DNA from: a virus
DNA length: 64,000 bases
Virus record (IMG/VR): IMGVR_UViG_3300015263_000944
Span: 171,395-235,394 of that record
Reading direction: 5' to 3' (one strand)
The notes beneath the pieces were generated by a model. The model had not been told where the DNA came from. It was given only the letters and a program-made list of their open reading frames with translations, and searched no databases. Positions within the stretch are counted from its first letter, which is position 1. Each line of letters opens with the position of its first letter. The position numbers and the translations under genes are program-made. Of the stretch, positions 10,966-20,671 are shown one piece after another.

Positions 10966-11788
10966 ATTCCTTCAAGTTGTGCTTGGGCCTCCAGCCCAAC
11001 ATGGCCTTGGAATGGTGAATATCGGCCAACGTGTTGTCGGCCTCACCGGGTCGCTTTGGCAGATATTCGATTGGCCGTCCAAACATCTCTGCCACTTCGT
11101 TGATCGAATGATTCGTACCTGTCCCGAGATTAAAGATCTCGGCATCCCAGTCGCTCTCAGACATGGCGAGCAAACCATTCACGATGTCTTCGACATGGGT
11201 GAAGTCACGGCGTTGTTCTCCCGTCCCAGTGACGGTGAGTGATCGACCCTCTCTCGCTTGTCGCTCGAAGATTCCAACGACTGTAGCATAAGCCCCATCT
11301 TCAAGTTGGCGTGGGCCATAGACGTTGAAGAAACGAGCGATAGCAACTGGGACATTGTAGAGACGGTTGTAAAGTGTGCAATACTCTTCCGCCTTAAGCT
11401 TCGTGAAACTGTAAGGATTGGCGTACTGGTCATGGTAGACCGAACTTGAACCTGCGTAAATGACCCTTGACCCACAAAGCCGTGCCATCTCCAGAATCTT
11501 CATGGTGCCAGTGACGTTTGACTCATGTGTCACATCGGGCTTCTCGAAGCTGGGTTGAATTCTGGCCTCACCAGCCAGATGAAAGATGGCCTCATAGCCA
11601 TCCTCTGCATGATACTTTGGATGGATGGATTCTACAGATATCTCATGAAAGCGAGCCTGTTCATGAACTTGCTCCCGCTTGCCAGTCGTCAACGAATCCC
11701 AGACTACCACTTCATGGCCGTCCTTAATCAATCTGTCTGTCAGATGTGATCCAATGAAACCGGCTCCTCCTGTGACCAGATACCGCAT
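10931..11788 (-). CDS. NAD-dependent sugar epimerase/dehydratase (SDR; GalE/HldD-like)
   Basis: MRYLVTGGAGFIGSHL Rossmann motif, YSFTKLKAE (YxxxK), GEQRRDFTHVEDI. Start at MRYLV, not the upstream Met of the ORF track. Confidence 0.8.
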   Translation of the reverse strand: MRYLVTGGAGFIGSHLTDRLIKDGHEVVVWDSLTTGKREQVHEQARFHEISVESIHPKYHAEDGYEAIFHLAGEARIQPSFEKPDVTHESNVTGTMKILEMARLCGSRVIYAGSSSVYHDQYANPYSFTKLKAEEYCTLYNRLYNVPVAIARFFNVYGPRQLEDGAYATVVGIFERQAREGRSLTVTGTGEQRRDFTHVEDIVNGLLAMSESDWDAEIFNLGTGTNHSINEVAEMFGRPIEYLPKRPGEADNTLADIHHSKAMLGWRPKHNLKEYVDGLLFDKCV

Positions 11789-11790
11789 GA

Positions 11791-12105
11791 CTACCCCGGA
11801 TTGTTTTGATTGAAAGTCTGAAACGACCATGTGGCTCGATCAGACGGGTTGACGTTCTCCATTGGGGTGCCGCCGACTGTGATCGTGAATTGATCACTAG
11901 AGAATCGACCCATCATTGGATCGATGGCTGCGATCTCTGAAATTGATGGAGTTTTGTCCTCGGTGAGATAGGGTTGTATAAGACGCTCTGCTTCTTCGTC
12001 TTTCAGTTCCAAACAACCTCGCCACCCATTTTCATACGCTTGAACCAATAAACTTCTGAGATCGTCCAAATCAATTTGTATCATTCGTGTGGCTCCCAAT
12101 AACAT
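11791..12105 (-). CDS. Hypothetical protein
   Basis: ORF track; overlapping start/stop with neighbours. Confidence 0.35.
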   Translation of the reverse strand: MLLGATRMIQIDLDDLRSLLVQAYENGWRGCLELKDEEAERLIQPYLTEDKTPSISEIAAIDPMMGRFSSDQFTITVGGTPMENVNPSDRATWSFQTFNQNNPG

Positions 12106-13199
12106 ATAAAATAGTGGTCGCCGTCCTTTTCTCCCAGCAAGACGCCATCAGACTTGCGCCGCTGGCCGTCCGCAAAATCGGGCCGCAGAACACGATAATG
12201 ATCAAACAAAGGCTTCCCGCCAATCTCTGGGCAGTTGTCCAAATGATCAACAACCTTGTTCATTGCTTCGGATGGATTCAGTTGGTAGATGGGATATGTT
12301 TTCGGCTTGTACTCAACCCGATTAAACAAGTTCCCTTGTGAACTTTCTTCGACATAGGCCATCCCTTCCGACTCTTCGATATAGGCCATCGCCTTCGTCA
12401 TAGAATAAGGACGAACATCCACGGTGAACTTCACGCCGATCTGCTTGCCGAGAATGATCGATGCGGCTGTCAAAGAAATACGATTGAAACCGCAACACTG
12501 CTCCAACAAATGCTTCTGTTGGATCTCCTCGATGTATCGTTCCACTTCGCTTGCCATGTCTGGCAGATTGAATTTCTTCAGATGAATGAGTCGATTTCTG
12601 GCTTCGTCGATATCACGCTGGTAAATGTTTTGATGTCGATAGAAGGTTGAGAAGTCCGCTGGGTGAGCGATCCAAAACGACTCTCCCTTCTTGTGCAGAA
12701 CAGCGAGCCCCACTTCTTGTGAATCCTTGCGTTCTCGCATAAGCCGTCGCAAGCCACTGTCCTTAATGAAACGCACATTCATCAAGTGACTGTATGGCGA
12801 ACCAATCCCGCCTGCAATCGTCTTGAACATCTCATGTTTGGCAAGTCCACGCTGAACAGATGCCAAGACCTCAGAAGAGAGACTAACAGATTTTCCGTAT
12901 GAGACCAACTTGAGCACATCACAAGCATAACGGCTGAAGCTTCCTTCTTCACTCCCTACAAGCTGGCCGTCGAAAATCTCAAACAGATCAGGGTGTGGGT
13001 TCTCCAGATCGATGCACTCGACAAACAGAGCGAGATTTACACCGAGTTCCTGTCCCAAGGCATCTGTGAGATCCTTGTCATAGTACATCGGAACGTCTGT
13101 GAGAATACCCGAAAGGGGCGGCGTTTCTACAACGTCGCCCCTTTCAAATACTCGTTCCAAAATTTGGAGTTGTTGAGATTGAACATCCGTGTCAATCAT
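12081..13199 (-). CDS. Hypothetical protein (372 aa)
   Basis: ORF track; no motif recognised. Confidence 0.5.
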   Translation of the reverse strand: MIDTDVQSQQLQILERVFERGDVVETPPLSGILTDVPMYYDKDLTDALGQELGVNLALFVECIDLENPHPDLFEIFDGQLVGSEEGSFSRYACDVLKLVSYGKSVSLSSEVLASVQRGLAKHEMFKTIAGGIGSPYSHLMNVRFIKDSGLRRLMRERKDSQEVGLAVLHKKGESFWIAHPADFSTFYRHQNIYQRDIDEARNRLIHLKKFNLPDMASEVERYIEEIQQKHLLEQCCGFNRISLTAASIILGKQIGVKFTVDVRPYSMTKAMAYIEESEGMAYVEESSQGNLFNRVEYKPKTYPIYQLNPSEAMNKVVDHLDNCPEIGGKPLFDHYRVLRPDFADGQRRKSDGVLLGEKDGDHYFICYWEPHE

Positions 13200-13728
13200 C
13201 CTTCGTCCTTTTTACTTCCACACGGGCCGTCACATTATGGCCCTCGAAACCCGGTGGCTTCTCCACCGTTGCGATATCTGAAAGCATCGCAATGACCTTG
13301 TTCAAGGCTTCGAAGCCCATGTCCTTATGGGCCTTCTCTCTGGCCTTGAATTTGACGACGAACTTCACACGGTGTCCCTTCTCTATGAACTTCCGGGCTT
13401 GATTCGCCTTCGTCTCCAGATCGTGATCGCTGATCACATATCTGAAGGACAACTCTTTGTCCTTGTGGGACGCCGGTTGTTTCTTCTTCTTGCTCCTCTC
13501 GAACATGAACTTGCCGTAGTCCATGATCTGGCAGACTGGGGGCCGAGCTTGCGGAGCAACCTCGACGAGATCGAGACCAGCCTGTTTCGCTCGATAGAGA
13601 GCATCAGGCGTGGGCATGACCCCTAGATTCTGACCGTCCTGAATGACCCTGACTTCTTTGATGCGGATTCGCTCATTACAACGAACGAAATCCTTCTTCT
13701 TTTCTGCCTTCTCGAATTTCTTTGGCAT
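13192..13728 (-). CDS. infC: Translation initiation factor IF-3
   Basis: N-domain CNERIRIKEVRVIQDGQNLGV...LDLVEVAPQARPPVCQIMDYGKFMFE and C-domain FRYVISDHDLETKANQARKFIEKGHRVKFVVKFKAREKAH align along their length with bacterial IF-3. Confidence 0.85.
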   Translation of the reverse strand: MPKKFEKAEKKKDFVRCNERIRIKEVRVIQDGQNLGVMPTPDALYRAKQAGLDLVEVAPQARPPVCQIMDYGKFMFERSKKKKQPASHKDKELSFRYVISDHDLETKANQARKFIEKGHRVKFVVKFKAREKAHKDMGFEALNKVIAMLSDIATVEKPPGFEGHNVTARVEVKRTKDD

Positions 13729-13741
13729 GTTTTGAGTCTCT

Positions 13742-15379
13742 CTAAACCTTCTTGGCTAGAGCAGTTGTCATCCTTTTAAGGCCCTCGGAAACATCTTTCC
13801 GTCCGACCTCTACATTTATCACAAAAAGCTTCTTGGAGTCAAGGGCTTCTTTAAGAACCTCATGCAACTGGGTTTCTGTAGAAACCTCTCGGCCTTCCCC
13901 TCCACCAATCAGCTTTGTGACATCATGGTATTTCCAACGGGGAATATCGTTGAATTCACCGTCCAGCAAGAATCTCTCAGTCGTGTAACCGTCGTTGTTT
14001 AAGACAATCACGATGGGATTCAATTTGCGATTGACGATGGTGCCCAGTTCGGTCATGGACATCTGGAAAGCACCGTCTCCAACGATCACGATAGGTCGCA
14101 CGTCTGGCATAGCCGCCTGCACGCCCAAAGCTCCCGGAATGGCCGAACCCATGCTCGTATAGAAAGCGGGGCTCAGGAAGTGGTTCCGGTGGTGTACTGT
14201 AAGATTACCAGCACCAAACAGACTGTCGCCGATGTCGGAGACAATCGCCATGTTCTTGTCGAGAATTGAATCAATGGCCTCAAACAGACGTTCTGTAGTT
14301 ATCTTGGCTTCTGGTTTCGGCTCGAAAACCGGCTTCTTCTGTTTCACAGGCGGAAGTTCTGGAAGAGGCTTCTTGGTGAAGTCCATCTTAAACAAAGAAG
14401 CACAGAAATCCTTGAACTGGATACCGGAGTAGTTGTGGTTTCTGACCTGCAACCCTTCAACGGTCGAAGAAATCACCTGACGCTTCTTAAACTTCGCTGG
14501 TTTGAAGCACAAAGTCATGTCGGTAAGCATTACACCGAACATCAGAAGGCAGTCAGAATCTTCCACCAGCTTGCGTGTCATCTCATGGCTGCTATTGCCA
14601 GAGTAGATGCCAGCGAACAAACGATGTCGTTCATTGATGACCGACTTACTGAGCAATGTCGTTGCCACAGGAATGTCGGCACGTTCGGCGAAACGAATGA
14701 GTTGCTCGCCCAAATCGTAGCGGGCCAATTCCACACCGGCCAGAATGACAGGTTGCTTGGCTCCTTCGATCCACTCGGCCACTTCTTTGAGGGCTTCGCC
14801 GAGATTCTCTGTATCGGTAGCAGGAGCGACTGGCGTGCCCTGCTTGTACACATCATAGCTGATTGACTTCTTGGCGATGTCACGAGGCAACTCGATGTAA
14901 ATCGGTCGCTTGTAGTGGTGCATTGCCTCGAAGGCCCTGTCAATCTCGTATCCGGCTGTGGCTGGATTGTCGAGGACGACGCTGGCGCAAGTGATGTTGT
15001 CGAACATCTTCTTCTGTGAATTGAAGCTGCCCACCATGTGATGCAGCAAGTAGCCCTCGTTTCGCTCATTCAGACCGGGGGCACCGGAAATCACAACAAG
15101 AGGAGATCTTTCGGCATAAGCACATTGAACGGCGTTGATGACCTTGGCCGCTCCGACGTTGTATGTCACTACTACACAACCAACACCATTGACACGAGCA
15201 TATGCGTCGGCAGCAAAGCCGGAATGATTTTCATCTGTGTTGTTGATGACTTCGATGTTCTCATAGTCCCAGAGTTCCTTATAGAAATCCAGAACGTAGT
15301 CGCCGGGTACGCCCATTACATGTCGAACCCCAGCGTTTTCCAATCGTTCAATGAGAAAACGGGAAACTAACATAGCCAC
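13742..15379 (-). CDS. TPP-dependent 2-keto-acid decarboxylase (PDC/IPDC family)
   Basis: N-terminal GVPGDYVLDFYKEL, YLLHHMVGSFN (like LLHHTLGNGDF of PDC), TPP motif GDGAFQMSMTELGT...VIVLNNDGYT. Confidence 0.8.
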   Translation of the reverse strand: MAMLVSRFLIERLENAGVRHVMGVPGDYVLDFYKELWDYENIEVINNTDENHSGFAADAYARVNGVGCVVVTYNVGAAKVINAVQCAYAERSPLVVISGAPGLNERNEGYLLHHMVGSFNSQKKMFDNITCASVVLDNPATAGYEIDRAFEAMHHYKRPIYIELPRDIAKKSISYDVYKQGTPVAPATDTENLGEALKEVAEWIEGAKQPVILAGVELARYDLGEQLIRFAERADIPVATTLLSKSVINERHRLFAGIYSGNSSHEMTRKLVEDSDCLLMFGVMLTDMTLCFKPAKFKKRQVISSTVEGLQVRNHNYSGIQFKDFCASLFKMDFTKKPLPELPPVKQKKPVFEPKPEAKITTERLFEAIDSILDKNMAIVSDIGDSLFGAGNLTVHHRNHFLSPAFYTSMGSAIPGALGVQAAMPDVRPIVIVGDGAFQMSMTELGTIVNRKLNPIVIVLNNDGYTTERFLLDGEFNDIPRWKYHDVTKLIGGGEGREVSTETQLHEVLKEALDSKKLFVINVEVGRKDVSEGLKRMTTALAKKV

Positions 15380-15388
15380 ACCTCTTCC

Positions 15389-16450
15389 TTATATTTCGAC
15401 CGTTGGAGAATCCTCGATCTTAATGAGGAAACCCTCCCCACCAATCGGGAACCTTCGCACCCATTCCACTCCTTCTCCCAGAATACATCCAAAGTAATAT
15501 GGAGTCAATGATTCATCTGTGAAACTGGGGATGAGCGAAATGTCAACCAGACTGGCACTCCCCTGCTCATTATAAGAAACAGAAGATTCTGATGGAATAC
15601 CAGTTTGATTTAAGACAACAGAACCATCGTTGTGTACGAGGCCAGTAAAGGTGCTGCCAGAGTACAAATGGGTCTCACCTGCCCACGGTGTATCCGGGAG
15701 CAAGTATTTGTCTGCTATTTGATCATAGGAAAGACGCACAGAACTTTCTGTGTGAGTTGTGCCTGTGTAAAAGAAACCATCGGTATGCGTGTGGACTTCG
15801 CCAATCCAGTTCCCTCCGGGGAGGTAATATACCACATCGATCATCTTGATTAACTTGAACTCGAACCAATAGCAACCGGGAAGACAAGTATCTTCTGGTT
15901 GCCACTCATAAACCAAGTTCGCACTGACCAACACGTCTTTCGTAACGGTGCCGTCAACTTGTTGCTGATCTTCGAAGACTAATTCGGCTTCGGCGGGAGC
16001 ATTCAACATGCGGAAAATCCGCATCTTGGTCCCCTTCTTCCAAGAGGAAGCAGTTGTGCCATGGTAGCCTCGCTGGACTCGCACCAGACTATTTCCTTCA
16101 TCAAATCCCAGCACCAACATTCTTTCGGGCAAACGCACTCGGTCCATGACAATGATGTCACCGACCATAATCTGCTCGAACCCCACGTTGTCGGCCAATG
16201 GGAAATAGGTGTCGGTCTCTGTGATCTTGCACTTGAGTTTTGCCAAGGCCCACATGTTGGCCTCAACTACTAATCCCTGCACATCCAGCGGACCTTCACA
16301 GTCTTCCACTGAGACTTTGAATGGAGGCTTGGTGTCGTGTCGTCTGATGACGAAATCTGGGCACACGTTCGAAGGACATCCGAACTTGTCTGGGCACACG
16401 TTTTGTGAGCCGCACCCGCTACCTGATCGTAAACTGAATTGGACTGCCAT
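15389..16450 (-). CDS. Hypothetical protein (about 350 aa), Cys-rich N-terminus
   Basis: ORF track (15389-16477); start uncertain (MAVQFSLRSGSGCGSQNVCPD). Confidence 0.5.
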   Translation of the reverse strand: MAVQFSLRSGSGCGSQNVCPDKFGCPSNVCPDFVIRRHDTKPPFKVSVEDCEGPLDVQGLVVEANMWALAKLKCKITETDTYFPLADNVGFEQIMVGDIIVMDRVRLPERMLVLGFDEGNSLVRVQRGYHGTTASSWKKGTKMRIFRMLNAPAEAELVFEDQQQVDGTVTKDVLVSANLVYEWQPEDTCLPGCYWFEFKLIKMIDVVYYLPGGNWIGEVHTHTDGFFYTGTTHTESSVRLSYDQIADKYLLPDTPWAGETHLYSGSTFTGLVHNDGSVVLNQTGIPSESSVSYNEQGSASLVDISLIPSFTDESLTPYYFGCILGEGVEWVRRFPIGGEGFLIKIEDSPTVEI

Positions 16451-16473
16451 ACTCGTATATAGAGTTAGCAGGA

Positions 16474-17025
16474 TCAAATGTCGTAAACGCCCAGTTGTCT
16501 CAGACGCTCAGACCAATCTGCGATCCACGCCACGCTGCCTTGGAATTTTTCCAAACGAATACCGGCCATGCGTGCCATCTCGAAAGTCTTGTCTCTCCAA
16601 GACCCATTTTGCAGAGAGGAATTGCGGTCGCCTTGAAAATCGAAGTAGACGATTCGGCCAATTCCTTCATCGATGATTTCCAACATGCACTTCGGACAGG
16701 GCAATGCTGTGACATAGAGCGTGGCATCGGTGAGATCTTCGCCCTTCGAATGTTTGATCGCATTTGACTCGGCGTGCTTGACGAGATCATAACGATTGAT
16801 GCCTTCCTCATCTGGGGCGGGGCGATGCCAACTGAAAGAAGTGTCGTCAATCAGTCGAGGCGGTCCATTGTAACCTGAACCCAGCGGCTCGTTGTTCTGA
16901 CTGATGATCTGAGCCCCAACTTGAGTGTTGGGGTCTTTGCTGAAGCCAGCGTGAATCCAAGCAAGACCCATGTATTTCAGATCTCGCTCTGGAACTTCCC
17001 GAGGTGGAGTGCGGTGTTGGTTCAT
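16474..17025 (-). CDS. dCMP deaminase (CDA-fold zinc deaminase)
   Basis: HAESNAI ... LYVTALPCPKCMLEI zinc-binding HAE/PCxxC motifs. Confidence 0.75.
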   Translation of the reverse strand: MNQHRTPPREVPERDLKYMGLAWIHAGFSKDPNTQVGAQIISQNNEPLGSGYNGPPRLIDDTSFSWHRPAPDEEGINRYDLVKHAESNAIKHSKGEDLTDATLYVTALPCPKCMLEIIDEGIGRIVYFDFQGDRNSSLQNGSWRDKTFEMARMAGIRLEKFQGSVAWIADWSERLRQLGVYDI

Positions 17026-17043
17026 TGAGAATCCCTTCTCGTG

Positions 17044-17541
17044 TTAGAAAACTTGAAGACTCTGCAAGTATTCAATCTTGTAATCCTTGCGGTTCCACCG
17101 GGACTTCCAACAATTCAGCCGGTGCTTTTGTTCCTTTGTGAGATGCCGTTTGATTACAGATGTTGGCACAGGAATGTCCATCTGCCAACCATATGTCTCT
17201 TCCCCAAGTCGAATGGTGTAGTTGACTGGTATGGAGCCGACCTCTACCCAATCAACCCCTTCGACAACAAAGACATCCCGAACCGTGTCATAACATTCAC
17301 GGCTCAACGGCTCACCGAATACAGGCACAGCCAAAAGGCGATTCTCGTCCTCGTTCTTTCGGACGGCCACCGCACAGATGTATGTGCCCTGCATCGATTG
17401 TTCGACTTGAACTGCTCGTTTGATCTCACGGCTATCTTTAAGATGATTCTTACGACACGCCTCCACCAACTCCTCATTGGTGGCGTCATAAAAAATCGAC
17501 TCATCATAGCTGGAGAACCAGATGTCTTGTAAGCTAGGCAT
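17044..17541 (-). CDS. Hypothetical protein
   Basis: ORF track. Confidence 0.5.
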   Translation of the reverse strand: MPSLQDIWFSSYDESIFYDATNEELVEACRKNHLKDSREIKRAVQVEQSMQGTYICAVAVRKNEDENRLLAVPVFGEPLSRECYDTVRDVFVVEGVDWVEVGSIPVNYTIRLGEETYGWQMDIPVPTSVIKRHLTKEQKHRLNCWKSRWNRKDYKIEYLQSLQVF

Positions 17542-17560
17542 AGCTCACATTCTCACAGAT

Positions 17561-18208
17561 TCACTCAAAAATTGCAAGCAGAACTTGTGCCTCAAAGAGT
17601 TCCGCCTCGTCTTCAACAATTGAAGGCTTGGGTTCTCTAAGAACAGCACAGGCTACGGTCGCCCGGAAAAATTTGGTGAAATTCTGTCGGGAATGTCGGA
17701 ACTCATGGGCCAAGATGCTTGCAATGCGACCATTATTCTCGCAGTACAGGATCTTGTTGATTGTTAAGTCTTTGTCCATGTAGTTGTACTTGGCGTAGCA
17801 ACCACTGTACTCGACTTCCCAGATGAGGTGTCCGCTGGCATGGCGATCTCGGACCCAGTGTGCTGCCTCGGGGCAGACCTGATCCAAAATTTGCAACGGC
17901 TCTTGAAGGGCATCCCAAGCCTTGTCTTCATCCCACTTCAACACCAGATGTGTGTGAGGCGACTTGAATGCCAGTTGGCGTTCGGGGCTGAATCGCCCTA
18001 GCGTGCCAATCTGTGGTACATCATCACCAACGGTGATGTCATAAAGCGTCGTGATGCCGAGGGCAAAGATGATTGCGAGTCCCGTAATCAGCGAGTATTT
18101 CGCTGTGGCAACTACGACTTCTTTTCCGATTTCTCTGAGTCTTTTGAAGACTCCTTTTCTGTTTCTTTCTCCTGTCTCTCTTGAGCTATTTTCCTGAGAC
18201 GCTGCCAT
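17561..18208 (-). CDS. Membrane-anchored putative HExxH metallopeptidase
   Basis: TM helix YSLITGLAIIFALGITTLY; ILAHEFRHSRQ motif. Confidence 0.5.
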   Translation of the reverse strand: MAASQENSSRETGERNRKGVFKRLREIGKEVVVATAKYSLITGLAIIFALGITTLYDITVGDDVPQIGTLGRFSPERQLAFKSPHTHLVLKWDEDKAWDALQEPLQILDQVCPEAAHWVRDRHASGHLIWEVEYSGCYAKYNYMDKDLTINKILYCENNGRIASILAHEFRHSRQNFTKFFRATVACAVLREPKPSIVEDEAELFEAQVLLAIFE

Positions 18209-18474
18209 GCGTCCTCCGTTTCTTTATTCTTTGTTACGTCTGTCTCCTTTTCGTCGTCAGACGAGGGCTGGTCCTCAACCTTCTTCTGTTTGGCTTCTTC
18301 ATCGTCAAGATCCTTTTCTTTACGCTTGGCATCGCCAACCATTGAACCGATACTACCGCCGAGATCCTGAGCCATCTTGACCCAGCGATCCAAAGAATAA
18401 TCTGGGGCCTGATCCTCACTCAAGCGAGGACCAAATATCTCCCTCTGTTTCTTCCACTTCTGAAAAGACCCCAT
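18112..18474 (-). CDS. Highly charged K/E/D/S-rich low-complexity protein
   Basis: ORF track; composition only. Confidence 0.35.
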   Translation of the reverse strand: MGSFQKWKKQREIFGPRLSEDQAPDYSLDRWVKMAQDLGGSIGSMVGDAKRKEKDLDDEEAKQKKVEDQPSSDDEKETDVTKNKETEDAWQRLRKIAQERQEKETEKESSKDSEKSEKKS

Positions 18475-18724
18475 ATTCCGTCAACTCCTCGTAGATCTCG
18501 TTCAATCGACTACGGTATGTAGCAAGATCGTGGGTCATTCTTGTGACCGCTTCATCTACTTCGAGTTGCAAAGCGTCGGATGGGCCTTCATTCCAAGATG
18601 CCTTTTCAGCCCTCGCTTTTTGCTTAAAAAGAAGGCATCGCATCTTTACTTCGGCAATCATTCCCATGATTCCTGAAGCCTCGTCAAAAAGCTCCTGAAC
18701 CTTATCTGCACTGTCCTTAAACAT
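18416..18724 (-). CDS. Hypothetical protein
   Basis: ORF track. Confidence 0.35.
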   Translation of the reverse strand: MFKDSADKVQELFDEASGIMGMIAEVKMRCLLFKQKARAEKASWNEGPSDALQLEVDEAVTRMTHDLATYRSRLNEIYEELTEYGVFSEVEETEGDIWSSLE

Positions 18725-18767
18725 AGTTGCACCCTCCTTGGCGCAGCATCATCCCCACCGTCATTCT

Positions 18768-19088
18768 TTAAGAAAGCCGCTTTCCTGTCAAGCGATACTT
18801 CCCCGATTCCAACCGCTCAAGGAGATCCATGTTCTCCTCGGTCAGTTCGGATTTGGCCGCAGCGTGGGCCTCTGTCAATCGGCGGTATTTGCTCTGAAGT
18901 TTGTGAAGCATCCTCTCGCTGCAATAGTGGCCCGTATGGTCCACGAAGTTCCTGATCGTCCCGAAGACCAGATAGTAGCGAACAAATGCCACCTGAAGGT
19001 CTGTCTGGAAGTATTTCAGCAGATATTGCTTTTCCTTTGGGACTTCGATATCGAAGAACTCGCCCGAGATGAATTCAAGATCCTGCAT
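18768..19088 (-). CDS. Hypothetical protein
   Basis: ORF track; minus ORFs tile tidily here, whereas the long plus ORF 18738-19445 is antisense to three of them. Confidence 0.35.
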   Translation of the reverse strand: MQDLEFISGEFFDIEVPKEKQYLLKYFQTDLQVAFVRYYLVFGTIRNFVDHTGHYCSERMLHKLQSKYRRLTEAHAAAKSELTEENMDLLERLESGKYRLTGKRLS

Positions 19089-19094
19089 ACCCTA

Positions 19095-19574
19095 TCAAAG
19101 CAAGGGTGGGTCAATAATCTCGACGCCATAGCAGAATTTGAAGTACAAGAGGAGCAATCCGCCGAAGTAGTCCTTCGGCAAATGGAGAGCGGCCAATTCA
19201 CGCAACAGCCCCAGCAAGCTGTGGACTTGCCATGTGACAGTGTTGTCGGAGTAGTTGGGATCGGCAGGAATGAGCGGCAAGCAACGCTCATGGATGAAAT
19301 CGAGGCAGCGATCATCAAGCTGGGTTCGCAGCAGAGTTTTGACGCTGTGCTCGGAAAGCAGGTCGTGCTTGGGGATGGGTCCGCCACAGTAAAAACTTTT
19401 GGACTTAAAGAACGTCTCGATGCTCTCGACGGCCAGCCGTCTTAAATCAACGGCATGGTCTCCTTTCTCAAAGGGATTGTCTCGGCAATCCCGGCGTGGC
19501 TTCCGTGGCATATCGTCTCCTCCGTGAGAGCATGTGGACCACTTTATTATTAGCTGACCGGGCGAGGAAATCAA
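19095..19574 (-). CDS. Hypothetical protein
   Basis: ORF track. Confidence 0.35.
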   Translation of the reverse strand: MISSPGQLIIKWSTCSHGGDDMPRKPRRDCRDNPFEKGDHAVDLRRLAVESIETFFKSKSFYCGGPIPKHDLLSEHSVKTLLRTQLDDRCLDFIHERCLPLIPADPNYSDNTVTWQVHSLLGLLRELAALHLPKDYFGGLLLLYFKFCYGVEIIDPPLL

Positions 19575-19637
19575 CCCCGAATTCCATTGATAGCCAATAC
19601 ATACTTTAAGAAGGTTGAGAATTCAAGGAGGTAGCCC

Positions 19638-20129
19638 ATGAAGAGAATGCTTCTAGCAATCGTTGCTGCACTCGCACTTGTCGCAATGCCCGGTTGCGGC
19701 AATCTTTCGCCACGCCAGCAGCAAGAGATCGACAACCAAGATGGGAGAATCGGGAATCTCGAAAACCTTGCCAACAGCATGAAAATTGAGTTGGGCAAGG
19801 TGCAGTCGCAAAACGACATTCAAGACAGCCAGATCGGCCAAATGCAACAAGGTTTGGTCAACAATCAAAGCAACTATGAGAACAGCGGCGTACAGATCCT
19901 CTCTGGCCCCGGTGGACTCATTGTCTCGCTGATTGGCATCATGGCTGCCGTAGTGCTTGTGCTGCACTACAGACGTATCGCCAAGGTCCAAGAGAAGACA
20001 GCCGAGTTGATGGCACAGAGCATCGCTGAAATGCAAGACCCTGTGCTAGAGGATCACGTCTTCCGTGCCTGTATGCACACCGAGACTGAGGAGAACGTCC
20101 TTAATCTGATGAGGAAGCACAAGAAGTAG
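19638..20129 (+). CDS. Membrane protein with N-terminal signal/lipoprotein-like peptide, coiled-coil, and C-terminal TM helix (unimolecular-spanin-like architecture)
   Basis: AAGGAGG RBS; MKRMLLAIVAALALVAMPGC signal with Cys; Q/N-rich coiled segment; C-terminal TM GGLIVSLIGIMAAVVLVLHY. Confidence 0.4.
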   Translation: MKRMLLAIVAALALVAMPGCGNLSPRQQQEIDNQDGRIGNLENLANSMKIELGKVQSQNDIQDSQIGQMQQGLVNNQSNYENSGVQILSGPGGLIVSLIGIMAAVVLVLHYRRIAKVQEKTAELMAQSIAEMQDPVLEDHVFRACMHTETEENVLNLMRKHKK

Positions 20130-20364
20130 GCACGCTCGAAACCGAAAGGCCCGTCACACCATCATTGCAAACCGTCAGGTGCAACATGCCTGATGCACTG
20201 CCAGAAGCGATGTGACGGGTCATTTCCATGATGCCTTCATAGAAGTCCGCTCTATCCGCTTCTTTTGTAAGGTCGAATGGCCGACCTTGGAACTTTGCTC
20301 TCCACTGATCGATAAGATCAGCCAAGTTTGGATCTTTCTGTCTTAAAATTTCGACATCGCTCAT
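20101..20364 (-). CDS. Hypothetical protein
   Basis: ORF track. Confidence 0.3.
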   Translation of the reverse strand: MSDVEILRQKDPNLADLIDQWRAKFQGRPFDLTKEADRADFYEGIMEMTRHIASGSASGMLHLTVCNDGVTGLSVSSVPTSCASSSD

Positions 20365-20373
20365 TTTGATCTC

Positions 20374-20667
20374 CTATGGCTTCTTGCCATCTACGTCGTA
20401 ACCCTGTTGTTTCGTCGTCAGCTTAAGATACCCACTGCATCCATCGCCGAGCGGCACACCTTGTTTGCGTGGATCTTGCCCCTTCTTCTTCACATCTTTC
20501 AACCAGTCGGCCAACTCGATATCAATGATCTTGGCGTCTGGGGACTTCTTCTTACAAACATACACGATGTTGCCTTTGTCGTCCATGTCTTCATCGAGGT
20601 AACGGCACTGTTGGTCGCCGCCCCAGATGTAACAGACATCTTTCAGATGTTTTTGAGTTAGGGCCAT
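20374..20667 (-). CDS. Hypothetical protein (start at MALTQK)
   Basis: ORF track. Confidence 0.4.
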   Translation of the reverse strand: MALTQKHLKDVCYIWGGDQQCRYLDEDMDDKGNIVYVCKKKSPDAKIIDIELADWLKDVKKKGQDPRKQGVPLGDGCSGYLKLTTKQQGYDVDGKKP

Positions 20668-20671
20668 AGTT

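Noticed and set aside
18738-19445. 235-aa plus-strand ORF
   Set aside because: Antisense to three tidily tiled minus-strand ORFs in a uniformly minus-strand block.
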